From a virus, in the IMG/VR virus record IMGVR_UViG_3300034069_002176: a DNA stretch of 56,094 nt; one strand, written 5' to 3'. The notes under the pieces were generated by a model, which was not told the origin of the DNA, ran no database searches, and saw only the letters and a program-made list of their open reading frames with translations. Of the stretch, positions 9,108-19,195 are shown piece by piece. Each line of letters opens with the position of its first letter. Within the stretch, counting starts at the first letter, position 1. Both the position numbers and the translations under genes were made by a program.

Positions 9108-10016
9108 ATGCGGCTATTCCCGGAGTTTCAAAAAGGTGACATCCATCTCAGTCGTACGCAGATGTTCGACGTACCGCGTAAATCGCATGATGTCAGGATT
9201 CACCTGTCGGATGTCATCTTCGACCGTACCAAACTTCTAGGTCTTTTCAGTGCTGACGAACTAGATGTGTTTTTCGCATCGGCATTCTACGACAGGCTTG
9301 GCAGGAAGCTCGTCGATGAAGACTCCAAGGATGAATTCCCACGTTTCATTCCGGGAGACATGGCACCTCGGATTGTTCTCGGAGTGGTACGTCATCCCGA
9401 TAGATGGGAGGCGGAGACCTCTTTCGATTCCGAGGCTTCTGATGTGTACTTCACCACGCCGCCCACCAACTTGATTACGACAGTCGAGTATCTATTTGCC
9501 ACAGACGCTGATCCTCTTCCTCAGGAGATGATCCTTGTCTCGCGCAATATGGTTGATTACACACAGTTCCTTCCAATGGTAGACATGTTGGATAGCGTTA
9601 TAGTCACCCCAGAAAACTTGATTCTGTTCTTCCACGAGCTATCGCTGTTCCCGTTGGGAGAGCACAACAACTACGATCAGTGGCGCAGCTTCCCCGAACA
9701 ATGGGAGCCGGAAACGATGGACCTCATCATGGCAGGTAAGTTGCATTCGGATCTTGTGAGTGAAGGTCTTGCACAGGATGCCCTCGCATGGTCGGCAGCG
9801 CTATCTCTCACGAAAGACCGAAGTAGATTCTATGGCTACAAAGAGATGCTGAGTGCAGCGAAACGAGGTCAGCGTCCCCACGATTACGTAAAGATGACGA
9901 CTCGTGGTTTAACGAACTTCGAATCACTATTCAACGCCTGGTCCAACGATATCGACGAGTCCCTTTGGGAAGCGCTTATCGCGGGCGAGGAAGAAGCTCG
10001 TCGCAACGCTCGTTAG
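9108..10016 (+). CDS. Hypothetical protein, shared C-terminal tail family
   Basis: Leaderless start after TATGCT; ends GLTNFESLFNAWSNDIDESLWEALIAG... Confidence 0.8.
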   Translation: MRLFPEFQKGDIHLSRTQMFDVPRKSHDVRIHLSDVIFDRTKLLGLFSADELDVFFASAFYDRLGRKLVDEDSKDEFPRFIPGDMAPRIVLGVVRHPDRWEAETSFDSEASDVYFTTPPTNLITTVEYLFATDADPLPQEMILVSRNMVDYTQFLPMVDMLDSVIVTPENLILFFHELSLFPLGEHNNYDQWRSFPEQWEPETMDLIMAGKLHSDLVSEGLAQDALAWSAALSLTKDRSRFYGYKEMLSAAKRGQRPHDYVKMTTRGLTNFESLFNAWSNDIDESLWEALIAGEEEARRNAR

Positions 10017-10019
10017 GGG

Positions 10020-10322
10020 TCAGTTACCGTTGCTTCGTTGAGCGATGATTTCTTCGGTAGGAATGCCGGTAAGGATGCTGGCACAGTTCGAGCAGTAGAA
10101 GTATCCGCTGTGCTGGTTAGGGATACCAGCAATGATGTCTTCTTTGGTCGTGGTGATCCCGTCATTGGCGGGTGCGTAGCCACAGAGAGCTTTACCATCT
10201 TCACGTTCGGGTCTACGGACATGAATAGCCAAACCGTACCAACTTCGGCATGTCACGAACTCAGGGAGGGCAACCTCAGGTTCGAAAGGGGCGATCTTGG
10301 TGAAAAGATCCTTCAGCATCAA
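10020..10322 (-). CDS. Small hypothetical protein, possibly zinc-binding
   Basis: H...ALCG...YCSNC pattern. Confidence 0.65.
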   Translation of the reverse strand: MMLKDLFTKIAPFEPEVALPEFVTCRSWYGLAIHVRRPEREDGKALCGYAPANDGITTTKEDIIAGIPNQHSGYFYCSNCASILTGIPTEEIIAQRSNGN

Positions 10323-10442
10323 AAAGTCTCCGGTAGGTGGGTGTTACCCCAGAGTGTACTCCGCTCAGCTATGACTGTCCAACGAAAGTCATTGCCGGGA
10401 AGAATCGTTTGTGCAATACTGTGGGCGAACGAAAGGGCGAAA

Positions 10443-11009
10443 ATGAGCGGCGAGTACGAATACGACAACCATTTTACCAATGACGGCGACCGGGATTTCA
10501 AACCTATCGACATCTTCAAAGGTGCGGAAATTCCCTTTGACTTCGAAGCTCTTACTGCTGAGTCGGATGCTCGTATCGCCGCCACTGCGTCCGCAGGAAA
10601 GCCCGTTCTGCTGACTGTCGAAGAATTAGCCAAGATCGATGAGATTCGATACCTTCATGACACGGCGCTTGCTCGCGCCCTGAAGCGGGATGGTCACTCC
10701 AAGTCAAGCGAAGGCAATATCACCATCGATATCGGTAACTACTGGGAGCGTTCGGATGGCGATAAGCCCGAGGTTGGAGTGAATCTCTACTCATACGTGC
10801 TTGGTCCCAGCCGTAGCCATTGGTTCGCATCCATCGACCGAGCGCTGGAAACTGTTCGCGTCTGGTATGCCCGCGAGATGTCATCGCCCGCAGAGTACAA
10901 CTGGGGTGATGACGGCAAGGAAGAATTCGATTCTGCGATGTTTGATGCACTAGCGGGTAAGATAACGATTGTCGAAATATCCGAAGACCCCGAGGAAGAA
11001 CACAAGTGA
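10443..11009 (+). CDS. Hypothetical protein
   Basis: Likely start MSGEYEY at 10443 with RBS GAAAGG; GTGA overlap with the next gene. Confidence 0.7.
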   Translation: MSGEYEYDNHFTNDGDRDFKPIDIFKGAEIPFDFEALTAESDARIAATASAGKPVLLTVEELAKIDEIRYLHDTALARALKRDGHSKSSEGNITIDIGNYWERSDGDKPEVGVNLYSYVLGPSRSHWFASIDRALETVRVWYAREMSSPAEYNWGDDGKEEFDSAMFDALAGKITIVEISEDPEEEHK

Positions 11010-11830
11010 TAGACCCCGCTCATTTCATTACCAACTTCATCAAGTTGGTTCAAGGAAGCTCATCAACCGGTGCGTTCTTTGTCATCATCGGCATTGTTGC
11101 GTATCTGCTCGTTAGTTTCTTCCTGAGCCGAATCTTCTCCAAGGCTGGGCAGCCTGCCGTTGCAGCGTTCATTCCCATCTGGAATGTTGTCACGTTCTTC
11201 CGTCTTGGCGGATATAGCGCGCTGTGGGTAATCGGCTCTATCATCGGCGGCTTCTACGTCATCTCGGTGTCCTATCTACCTATCGGACGACTGACCGGTT
11301 CCCATTTTGCCGATTCCGGTTTCGCTAAGGGTATGGAACATGCAGCGCCCCTTCTGATGCCGATCTTCGGTTTCATCTTCATAGCATCGAGCTTGATTGG
11401 TCTTCTCGCGGCATACAACATCGGGCGCGCATTCGAGAAGGATGGGGGCTACCTTCTACTGTTCGTATTCCTTTACCCAGTATGGACATTGGCTCTTGCA
11501 TTCACGTCTTACGACTGGGATGAATACTCCGCGAACCCGAACAGCGTCGGCGTGATGAACAGAACACGTATTCGCAAAGAACAGGCGACCGAGCTTGCTG
11601 CGAACAAGGCAAAATCTTCAAAGTTCCTCGACCCGGTTGCGCCGGATAACATCAAACGTGAAGAGCCCGAGTCGGACTATGACCGCGCTTTACGTGAGCA
11701 GGCGGCGCGAGGCGGCGTTCCTGCACAGAAGAAGTCTCGCGGTAAGCGATCCAAGAAGGCTGATCCGGGAGATGCCAAGATTGTTGACTCTGGTTCTACC
11801 GGAGTCTCCGAAGACTCCGAGTGGATGTAA
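11006..11830 (+). CDS. DUF5684-like membrane protein
   Basis: RIFSKAGQPAVAAFIPIWN and IGRAFEKDGGY motifs; about 4 TM; charged C-terminal tail. Confidence 0.7.
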   Translation: MIDPAHFITNFIKLVQGSSSTGAFFVIIGIVAYLLVSFFLSRIFSKAGQPAVAAFIPIWNVVTFFRLGGYSALWVIGSIIGGFYVISVSYLPIGRLTGSHFADSGFAKGMEHAAPLLMPIFGFIFIASSLIGLLAAYNIGRAFEKDGGYLLLFVFLYPVWTLALAFTSYDWDEYSANPNSVGVMNRTRIRKEQATELAANKAKSSKFLDPVAPDNIKREEPESDYDRALREQAARGGVPAQKKSRGKRSKKADPGDAKIVDSGSTGVSEDSEWM

Positions 11831-12090
11831 TGACGAATAAGGTATGGGTCGAATCACCTTCATGGCGAGACCTTGACATCGGAGACCGTGTTCTCTATGT
11901 CGCTTCCAGCAAGGCTCCAAACAAAACCAACAGCGAATTTGTCGTAGCTCATGCCTTCTATGACGCCATTGAACAACAGCCGGTACTCGAAGACGAAGAC
12001 GGTAAAAGGTTGTTCTATGACGGGTATTACGGCAATCACGGAACTCTTTATGTTCAACGTGAGTTCGCAACCGAGAACACTACGGATTAG
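11830..12090 (+). CDS. Hypothetical protein
   Basis: TAATG coupling to the upstream gene. Confidence 0.6.
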   Translation: MTNKVWVESPSWRDLDIGDRVLYVASSKAPNKTNSEFVVAHAFYDAIEQQPVLEDEDGKRLFYDGYYGNHGTLYVQREFATENTTD

Positions 12091-12226
12091 CGCATTGTAG
12101 GGGTATGAGCAGCACTTCGTGTCGCTAGCTTGTCGTTGCCCCATGTAAACTACCAACGCCTTAGAATGGCGCACAGCGCTTCCCGTTTCTAAGCCCTGCG
12201 GTAGCTTTTGCGGCTAGACTTCGTTC

Positions 12227-12511
12227 ATGTCAGCCAAGCGGGAAGAAATCGTCCGAGTGTTCTACGGAGTGCTCGGTCTTATTGGTCTGCTCGTTGGTAT
12301 TGGTGCAACGGTTTACTTTGGTCATCTTATCTTCACGGTGAATCCCGCATCCAAATCTCATGATGGTTACGCTATCGCCCTTGTACCGAGCATCCTTGTT
12401 CTTCTTCTCAGCTTCTCTGCCGTGCGCGATGCCATCGAGCCGCCTAAGCATCCCGAGCACTACGACAAACGCGCCCTCCGTAAAAACGAAAGACGCGCTA
12501 GCCGTAAATAG
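12227..12511 (+). CDS. Small membrane protein (2 TM)
   Basis: Leaderless start after TAGACT; two hydrophobic helices and a basic tail. Confidence 0.7.
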   Translation: MSAKREEIVRVFYGVLGLIGLLVGIGATVYFGHLIFTVNPASKSHDGYAIALVPSILVLLLSFSAVRDAIEPPKHPEHYDKRALRKNERRASRK

Positions 12512-12517
12512 TGGAAC

Positions 12518-13261
12518 TCAGTCGAAGATTTCGGTGTATTCGATACGGGAGTTCATGTCTTCGATGAAATCACCAATGGTTCCCTCGGAACGAAGCTGAC
12601 CACGGAATCGACCGCAGCCGCATTGTGCATCACACTGAACACCCTGGTAGTCATTGTTACCCGCGAAGGTATCCGCGAACTCGGACCACTCATCTTCTTT
12701 GACGCTGGTGACTTCGGCAATGTAGCAACGATTCAAGTGCTTGGACATGTCGTTATCAACCCATCCGTAGATGCTGTCACCGGGAAGCTTCGGCTTGCCT
12801 TTTTCCGCGACCATATTCGCCAACTTGATTTTGTAACGGTCAGCCCACGGTAGTGATTCGTCTTCATCATCGAGTTCAAGGTAGTTCACGCCGTCAGTGG
12901 GAAGAAACTCGGTGTGTCCTTCCTTGGCGCGATTGACAACCCAGGTCCATGACTGCTTCGTGTAGCCGAGACCATTTGCCTGACGGAACGTAGCCTCGAC
13001 CGTTTCATCGACATCAAGAACTGCCGGAGTGCTCACAATGAGACGTACTGAGCTATCAAGTAGCTTGGCATTTTCAGGTTTTGCGAGGCTGGTATTGCCG
13101 TTGGTGAGCAATGCTCTGACTTTTGCGGACGATTCTGCATCGGCGGCGTTAAGGGGAGATGGAACGCTGCGGGCTCCAGCGGCAGAAGAATCCGCCTTCT
13201 TGAGAACTGTCGTCTGCTTACCGTTCTTGTCGGTAATGGGGGTGGGGATGAGGTTGGACAT
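12518..13261 (-). CDS. DKNGK-tag family protein (unknown cargo domain, C-terminal Cys cluster)
   Basis: Starts MSNLIPTPITDKNGKQTTVLKK; RBS AAGAAGG; CDAQCGCG near the C-terminus. Confidence 0.8.
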   Translation of the reverse strand: MSNLIPTPITDKNGKQTTVLKKADSSAAGARSVPSPLNAADAESSAKVRALLTNGNTSLAKPENAKLLDSSVRLIVSTPAVLDVDETVEATFRQANGLGYTKQSWTWVVNRAKEGHTEFLPTDGVNYLELDDEDESLPWADRYKIKLANMVAEKGKPKLPGDSIYGWVDNDMSKHLNRCYIAEVTSVKEDEWSEFADTFAGNNDYQGVQCDAQCGCGRFRGQLRSEGTIGDFIEDMNSRIEYTEIFD

Positions 13262-13286
13262 CGTGAGTACCTTCTTTGTCATACAC

Positions 13287-13310
13287 AGTGTATCCCTAAC
13301 CGCCGATACT
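13287..13310 (-). promoter_or_regulatory. Non-canonical promoter AGTATCG-N11-TACACT
   Basis: Same architecture as the sites upstream of other DKNGK-tag genes. Confidence 0.6.
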
Positions 13311-13369
13311 TGCCACGGCTTGACAACGGTGCTAGATTACCCAGCGAGTACAACAACGAAAGCGTGAAA

Positions 13370-13879
13370 ATGAGCGAGAAGAAGACCGAAACGGTAATCA
13401 AACCGGTCGATGAGCCGATGGTGACTTCAACGCTGTCGAAGCGTCTGTATGGAAGCGCCGCCATCATCGCATTTGTTGGCGCTTTCGAAGCAAGCAACTG
13501 GGGTGTTGCCACCTCGATATTCGTCTTCTTGGGTGCTGCTTTCTTCGTTGCGGCGGGTATCTACAATTCCCAGAAGCTCGCTAAGCGCAACAAGGTTATT
13601 ATCGATTCCAATACTGCCGCATTGAATGCGTGGACCTATGGAGTATTCGCAGAGAGCGTACGCGGTAAGGTTGGTAACAAGGTGAACCTTACTGATGAGG
13701 ATATTAAGAACGTTGCTGACGGAAACCCCGTCTCATACATGTCGGGCAAGGATCGCTACACGGTTCGCCTGAGTGAAGAAACGAATGAAATCACCGTCAG
13801 GAAGAAGGCGGTCTTTACACAGAGCACTACGAGCAAGCTTCCTGAAAAGACGAATTACACAAGACCGCCCACTTTTTAG
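13370..13879 (+). CDS. Membrane protein (2 TM)
   Basis: Likely start MSEKKTE; two hydrophobic segments. Confidence 0.7.
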   Translation: MSEKKTETVIKPVDEPMVTSTLSKRLYGSAAIIAFVGAFEASNWGVATSIFVFLGAAFFVAAGIYNSQKLAKRNKVIIDSNTAALNAWTYGVFAESVRGKVGNKVNLTDEDIKNVADGNPVSYMSGKDRYTVRLSEETNEITVRKKAVFTQSTTSKLPEKTNYTRPPTF

Positions 13880-14577
13880 CGCAGACCATTCTCCGACTGG
13901 TAAGCGGACAGCGCTTCCTCGAACTTGCGCGGATTCCGATACACCTTGTCTTTCTTCGCTGACTTCTCTAAGGCAGGAAGACCTATTTCTGCATCCATGA
14001 CGTAGCAGAACGCCCCTTGAACAAGGTAGCGGTGCGCAGGGTCGATAGCCGTTCTACTTACTCCTTCGTAGAGGTGGTAGGCGAATGCACTTGCCTTGTC
14101 ATCTTCGGCTTTCAGAGCCGCGATGAGAATACCTTCGAGGATTTCCGCAAGCCTGGCGTTGAAATCATTCTGGTCCGCCTGGGTGGCTACCTGATAGTGC
14201 AATGCGTAATCGATGCCATCGGTGTCTGTCCTCCAGTCATCGAAAACTGCCGATAGCTCCGGCGCTATCTCGCTGAGTAGATGAATCCACATATCACCCG
14301 CAATTTGGAGGTACTGACCTTCTTCGACAAGGACGTACTCGCTGCTGGTGAGACGGTTGAAGTAGCGTTCTCCACGTTCGAGCTTCTTGGCTCGATCCGC
14401 TACCCAGTTGCGGGGAGTCACTCGCCAGATGTCATCGTTTTCGAATGACTGCACCAAAGGGACCACGGCTGATTCGTAGAAATCATCGTTGCGTCCAGTA
14501 AGGTTGCCTTCGAAACCCACCAGAATGAACTTACTTCCTGTGAGTGGTGCTTCTTCTATCTTCTTAGCCATTCGCAT
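13876..14577 (-). CDS. Hypothetical protein
   Basis: 233-aa ORF, leaderless-type start. Confidence 0.7.
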   Translation of the reverse strand: MRMAKKIEEAPLTGSKFILVGFEGNLTGRNDDFYESAVVPLVQSFENDDIWRVTPRNWVADRAKKLERGERYFNRLTSSEYVLVEEGQYLQIAGDMWIHLLSEIAPELSAVFDDWRTDTDGIDYALHYQVATQADQNDFNARLAEILEGILIAALKAEDDKASAFAYHLYEGVSRTAIDPAHRYLVQGAFCYVMDAEIGLPALEKSAKKDKVYRNPRKFEEALSAYQSENGLR

Positions 14578-14620
14578 AGCCTACCCAGTCAAAAGTAATC
14601 AGGGTACAAAACCAGAATGG

Positions 14621-15139
14621 TCAGCGGTTGGAACCATCACCGAAATCATCGAGAACGGCGGATAGGCTAGCGAGAGCGCTCTCCGATTCATTGTCAATGA
14701 GTAGATTCTCGATGGTTTGTAGCTTGATGAGCAGGTCAGTCTCATTGAATTTAGCAAGACCATTCGTACTGACCAAGAAAGTCGCCTCTTTGATACGTGC
14801 CTCGACATAGGACAGGAACTTCAGGGCACGGGTACGGCGGGAATTCATCTCGTCGGAGATTTCCAACCAGGCGGGAGACTGACCATTTGTAGCGCGGGGG
14901 TTCAGGGGATGAGTACGCTTTTCTTCGGCAATGAAGTTCAAGCTCGCCTGTACAGAACGCCGAACGAAACCAAGCTCGCGCAACCAATCGATAAGAACGG
15001 CTGGCTTTCGTAGCCATGCTGATTCCGCAGCGGACGCTCTACCTCGAATATCACTCTCTACGGCTTTGGAAAACTGCTCGTAATCGGTGATGGCGAAGGT
15101 GGGTGATTCAGTGATGTTCTGGCTTTCAATGGTGCTCAT
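14621..15139 (-). CDS. Hypothetical helical protein
   Basis: Likely start MSTIESQ with AGGA RBS. Confidence 0.7.
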   Translation of the reverse strand: MSTIESQNITESPTFAITDYEQFSKAVESDIRGRASAAESAWLRKPAVLIDWLRELGFVRRSVQASLNFIAEEKRTHPLNPRATNGQSPAWLEISDEMNSRRTRALKFLSYVEARIKEATFLVSTNGLAKFNETDLLIKLQTIENLLIDNESESALASLSAVLDDFGDGSNR

Positions 15140-15310
15140 GTGGTGTGTCCTAGTTTCAAGTGGTGCCGCATCGTAGCAACTGGGTTTCGAATTGTCCAAT
15201 ACGGCGTGAGATATTTCCCGTTTTGGGGACATATGGCATTGGGAAACCGCTTGTTTCCGGGATGTATCCTGATAGCCTGTACCAGTTCTCGACCTTGAAA
15301 GGGTTCTCAC

Positions 15311-15820
15311 GTGCTTGGCTACAAAACCGACAGTCCACATATCTCTCCCGAGCAGAAGAAGCGGGATGGTAGGTTCAGTGTCGGTTTCGCAATTGCGATG
15401 ATGATCGCAGTCGTCCTTTACGTCCTCGACAGGAACTACCTCCATGTCGGCTACTTGCAGCCAGTTGCATTCACTTTGTTCGGTCTCGCTATCGTTGCGA
15501 ACCTCGTCAAGGGCAACATTGACTGGCGTAAGAAGAAGGCTCGTATTGCAAGCGGCGAGATCAAGGTTGACACTCCCTCGGAGGACATTCAGGCGCAGGC
15601 TGAGAAGGTTGCTTCAATGAAGACTCCCAAGCGTTCTCGTGCAACCACTACCGACTACTCCGCACTTGACAGTCCCATTGAAGATTCCAGCCCCTCTACC
15701 GTTTCAGTGATCAAGAGAGACATCAAGGAAGACGCCGACCTTTCCATCATCATCGGTACCTCCACTGCTGATGACATGGCAAGTATCTTCGCACGCGATG
15801 TTCACAAGGACGAGAACTAA
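15311..15820 (+). CDS. Membrane protein (2 TM)
   Basis: GAAAGG RBS; two TM segments and a disordered tail. Confidence 0.7.
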   Translation: MLGYKTDSPHISPEQKKRDGRFSVGFAIAMMIAVVLYVLDRNYLHVGYLQPVAFTLFGLAIVANLVKGNIDWRKKKARIASGEIKVDTPSEDIQAQAEKVASMKTPKRSRATTTDYSALDSPIEDSSPSTVSVIKRDIKEDADLSIIIGTSTADDMASIFARDVHKDEN

Positions 15821-15833
15821 GTTCGCAGTTACG

Positions 15834-15869
15834 ACAAAGGCACCTAGAAGAAAATCTAGGTGCCTTTGT
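15834..15869. terminator. Bidirectional intrinsic terminator
   Basis: ACAAAGGCACCTAGA/TCTAGGTGCCTTTGT. Confidence 0.85.
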
Positions 15870-15882
15870 TGTCTCCGGTGAG

Positions 15883-16149
15883 CTACACGACCGGGTTGGC
15901 TCGACGCTCTTGAATGAAGCTCAGAAGTCGAAGAAGGTCCGCATCATTCGAAGGCGTGAGATCTACTTGGTGACGCACATCGAGTTCGATGGCGTTCTGG
16001 TCATTGGGGTCCAACTGGTTCCAGAGACGCTGGATTTCTTCTGTCACCATACCGACGATGTACGTCTGGCGACCGAGGGCGTACCTGAGTGCGCAGAGAA
16101 TCATGAACTGCCGGGTTTCGATTCTGTCGTTCGTAGCCATTGTCTGCAT
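15883..16149 (-). CDS. Hypothetical phage-type protein
   Basis: ALRYALGRQTYIV motif, which I recognise as recurrent in small phage proteins; GAAGG RBS. Confidence 0.7.
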   Translation of the reverse strand: MQTMATNDRIETRQFMILCALRYALGRQTYIVGMVTEEIQRLWNQLDPNDQNAIELDVRHQVDLTPSNDADLLRLLSFIQERRANPVV

Positions 16150-16274
16150 ACCTTCCGGGTTTCGAGTTACGTTACACTATCAGAGTTTTGTTGCAATACC
16201 TGGGGACAAGGTGCGAGTTCAAGATGTTTCGTAGAGTCTGTTTCTCATGGTCGTTGTGGGTGTATGCTTTGGTC

Positions 16275-17144
16275 ATGACTTAGGTACAGAAATCACTATC
16301 CCGTCCATTCCCATTGCCACCTCAGGTGCCGGTTCGAGAACAGTACGTTGCTGATGTAACGAACATCCCGAGTGCCGAAGGGCGTTGGTCCACTACCCAT
16401 GTCGCGATTCGAGATACCACTTCTCTCGTTGATGAAGGGGGTGGAGAAAAAGGACGGGTGGTATTCGAGTACGACCGCAACTATGCGATGCGGGGTACTT
16501 TCGAACCTTTTAGACAGTTGCGTGATGGCGTCTGGCACGACTATGCGCTGATATCAAGCAAGTACACGCGTTTCGAGGTGGTTGACCTCGCTAGAGGCGA
16601 GATAGTGGCTGTCGAGCCGTATCCCACGGTGAGTCAAGAGAAGCATGACCAGATCATCGCCTACAACCCTGAATCATCGTTCTTGACCGAGCATCCGGTG
16701 GGAAGTGAGATGCCGGGTTGGGGTTTCTGTCCGATTGATTTCCGCGTGTTCGACTGGCGGGAGCGATTCACTGATGATGCGCCGACCAAGACTTACGGCA
16801 AAGAGGGAGATGAGAAGCCTCTCTACTCAGACGAGAAGCTGTACTCACTCACCGGTCAGTGGGCTATCTACTCGGGTTGTGTCTGGGGTGATGACTCATC
16901 GTGGAAGCTGCGATACATCGACCTTTCGAGAATCAGCGAAGGTGTTGTTACCAGCGAGGACCGCTTCGGATACTTCCCTCTCGGCGGCAAACTCAGCAGC
17001 GTGACCTATGACGGTGAGGAAGATGAGTTTTACATGTCCGTTGAAGTAATGACTTCACGCAAGACGGGTAAGTCCTTTGACCCTGGCGTCAAGTGGGCAA
17101 AAGATGACGACGATTACTACAATCAAGGAGAAGAAAATGACTGA
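16275..17144 (+). CDS. Hypothetical protein; leaderless ATG interrupted by an in-frame TAG at codon 3 (alternative start TTG 16314)
   Basis: TATGCT(16263-16268)-N6-ATG ACT TAG, in frame with the 276-aa ORF; YSGCVWGDDSSWKLRYIDLS in the body. Confidence 0.65.
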
Positions 17145-17445
17145 CAACAAGAAGACCGAACGAGCGCTATTTCTGTATGGGCTGCAAACGGAATCGGAGT
17201 ACATGCAGAAGATTCCTTTGGAATTCGATGTGGATGATTCGGAACGAGATCAGCTTGGCGATTACTTATTCGACATCTGTGACTATTTCGGCTTGCCAAT
17301 GACGAATAGCCCGGATGTGAACCACGACCTCGTTGACATGGGAGATTTCATCACGGCTATTCGTGGTGCGCTTGATGCTGCGGGGTGGGTCTCGAAGAGG
17401 CAGCACGAACAAGAGCTAGAGCAAACTCGCCATCTGATTGACTAA
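17137..17445 (+). CDS. Hypothetical protein
   Basis: AAGGAG RBS; overlaps the upstream stop. Confidence 0.7.
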   Translation: MTDNKKTERALFLYGLQTESEYMQKIPLEFDVDDSERDQLGDYLFDICDYFGLPMTNSPDVNHDLVDMGDFITAIRGALDAAGWVSKRQHEQELEQTRHLID

Positions 17446-17464
17446 TGGCTACTTTTAGCACCCG

Positions 17465-18316
17465 CTAGCGAATCCATGTATCGCGTTCGCCGGTAGCGAT
17501 AAATGCAATGCGCTGAGAATCCTGCATGGTGAGACCGCCATTAGATTCACCACGGAGGATCATTTCTCCGGTGAGTCCGTTGATGGGGAAGTCGATGTTG
17601 GATGCAATGAATTCGCCTTCGGGGGAGTTGAAGCGTGTGACGTTACCCATGCGGTTGACAGTGAACTCACGGAAGCCGCCATCATCGGTCTTGTCATAAC
17701 GGAAAGTAGTGGAACCGTTGGGGAGTTCCTGTTCGATGTCAGGCTCGCCATAGATTTCTTTGGCTGCGTCAACAGATGCTTCCCATGTGCGAGTGACGCG
17801 ATGTGAAAGGAAAGTCGGCTTATCGAAGACGCCTGCGGTGGTGAGGTGCTTGAAGATGTTGGACTTTTGGAAGCGTAGCTCAATTACCCCGGTCTCGTAA
17901 TATTCGGTGTCTTCTGCGTCACGATCATCTAACGGAGTGTTCTCAAACGCAGTCAGTTCGGCTTCAAGGTCTTCGATGTGACTTTGTGCTGATAGTGCGT
18001 GTTCGTAGACGACCTCGGTTTGCTTTGCTGCTGTGTTGTTCCAAAGGAGGGCATTGGCTGCTCCGCCTACGGATTCGGAGTTGCGAAGTTCACGGGTCTT
18101 CTTGATACTGTCAGCAGCCCTTCCGAGAGCACTTACATCGTCCCAGAGGTTGTCCATCGCATCGGACATGGCATCGCTTTGTGGAATGAAGCTGGCGGGT
18201 TCGGGAGCTGCGGCTGATGCGATACGTTCGACAGCATTGAAACCTTTGTCGTCGGAGCGCCAGACGTGGGTCTGCTTGCCGTTCTTGTCTACGATGGGTA
18301 CTCGATTGGTGGACAT
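17465..18316 (-). CDS. DKNGK-tag family protein (unknown cargo)
   Basis: Starts MSTNRVPIVDKNGKQTHVWRS; RBS AAGGAAAGG. Confidence 0.8.
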   Translation of the reverse strand: MSTNRVPIVDKNGKQTHVWRSDDKGFNAVERIASAAAPEPASFIPQSDAMSDAMDNLWDDVSALGRAADSIKKTRELRNSESVGGAANALLWNNTAAKQTEVVYEHALSAQSHIEDLEAELTAFENTPLDDRDAEDTEYYETGVIELRFQKSNIFKHLTTAGVFDKPTFLSHRVTRTWEASVDAAKEIYGEPDIEQELPNGSTTFRYDKTDDGGFREFTVNRMGNVTRFNSPEGEFIASNIDFPINGLTGEMILRGESNGGLTMQDSQRIAFIATGERDTWIR

Positions 18317-18339
18317 GGTGAATCCCTTTCCTTGTGTCA

Positions 18340-18362
18340 AGTGTAGCGCCGTGGGGAGACAT
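18340..18362 (-). promoter_or_regulatory. Non-canonical promoter ATGTCT-N11-TACACT
   Basis: Variant of the GTCG-N11-TACANT motif, upstream of a DKNGK gene. Confidence 0.5.
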
Positions 18363-18394
18363 CTATTCGCTCGCCAATCGTAATTACTATTTTC

Positions 18395-18423
18395 TTGACA
18401 TTTTTCTAACTTCTAGCTAAACT
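18395..18423 (+). promoter_or_regulatory. Sigma-A-type promoter
   Basis: TTGACA-N17-TAAACT upstream of the HNH gene. Confidence 0.75.
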
Positions 18424-18449
18424 AAAAGTATCAATCAAGGAGGACCGTC

Positions 18450-18926
18450 ATGAATCCCATCGCTCAGTTCGCGCACGACGCGCTCGTCGGTGCCTACGGC
18501 AGCATCAGCACCGACCACAACATCATCCCTCAGGTCATCACGCTGGTTGTCTTCGGATTCATTGCCAAGGTCATCCACGGCTTCACCGTCAACATGGCTC
18601 GCGACCGTCGTCGTCAGCGCCAGGTCAGCTACGGTCGTATCTACACCAACGAGCAGAAGGACGAAGGTCATGCTCGTGCCGGTCGTCAGTGCGAGTTCTC
18701 AGTCGGTCTTCGTCGATGCCCTCAGCAGTCCGCTCATGCCGACCACTTCTACCCGTTCTCTCGTGGTGGCGCTACCTCGATGAAGAACTTCGTCGCTGCT
18801 TGTGAGTTCCACAACCTCTCCAAGGGCGCGAAGATGCCCTCCGCTTCGGAGAAGGCGACCATCGAGAACCGTCGCCGTCGCTATTTCCCCTCTGGTGTCA
18901 GCACCGAGGTCGGTGAGTGGGCGTGA
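18450..18926 (+). CDS. HNH endonuclease with N-terminal TM helix
   Basis: CEF...C...HADHFYPFSRGGATSMKNFVAACEFHNLSKG; AAGGAGG RBS. Confidence 0.85.
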   Translation: MNPIAQFAHDALVGAYGSISTDHNIIPQVITLVVFGFIAKVIHGFTVNMARDRRRQRQVSYGRIYTNEQKDEGHARAGRQCEFSVGLRRCPQQSAHADHFYPFSRGGATSMKNFVAACEFHNLSKGAKMPSASEKATIENRRRRYFPSGVSTEVGEWA

Positions 18927-19195
18927 GCGTCGTAGGAATCGTTGCCGGGAAGGTCATCGCGACAGCGCATCAGTCCATCATCGAGGGAACGAATGGTTTG
19001 TTCATTACCGTCGCCATGAAGAACTACGCACCCGATGGCGCGGAACTCAACGATGACGCCTTGGAAGACAACTGGGTCGAGGTGGCAGTAGATCAGGATT
19101 TTGCTGACACTATCGACCTTGATGATTCGGTGCGACTTGCGGGCGAGATGAAGTTCGCTAACGGCGTCTTCTATCTCATCGGTATCGAAGGCTGA
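18923..19195 (+). CDS. Hypothetical protein
   Basis: GTGA overlap with the HNH stop. Confidence 0.6.
   Translation: MSVVGIVAGKVIATAHQSIIEGTNGLFITVAMKNYAPDGAELNDDALEDNWVEVAVDQDFADTIDLDDSVRLAGEMKFANGVFYLIGIEG

Noticed and set aside
10038-10442. N-terminal extension of the 323-aa ORF (similar cases at 790, 2195, 15445 and 43394)
   Set aside because: These extensions overlap opposite-strand genes or promoter regions; downstream starts have better RBS or leaderless geometry.
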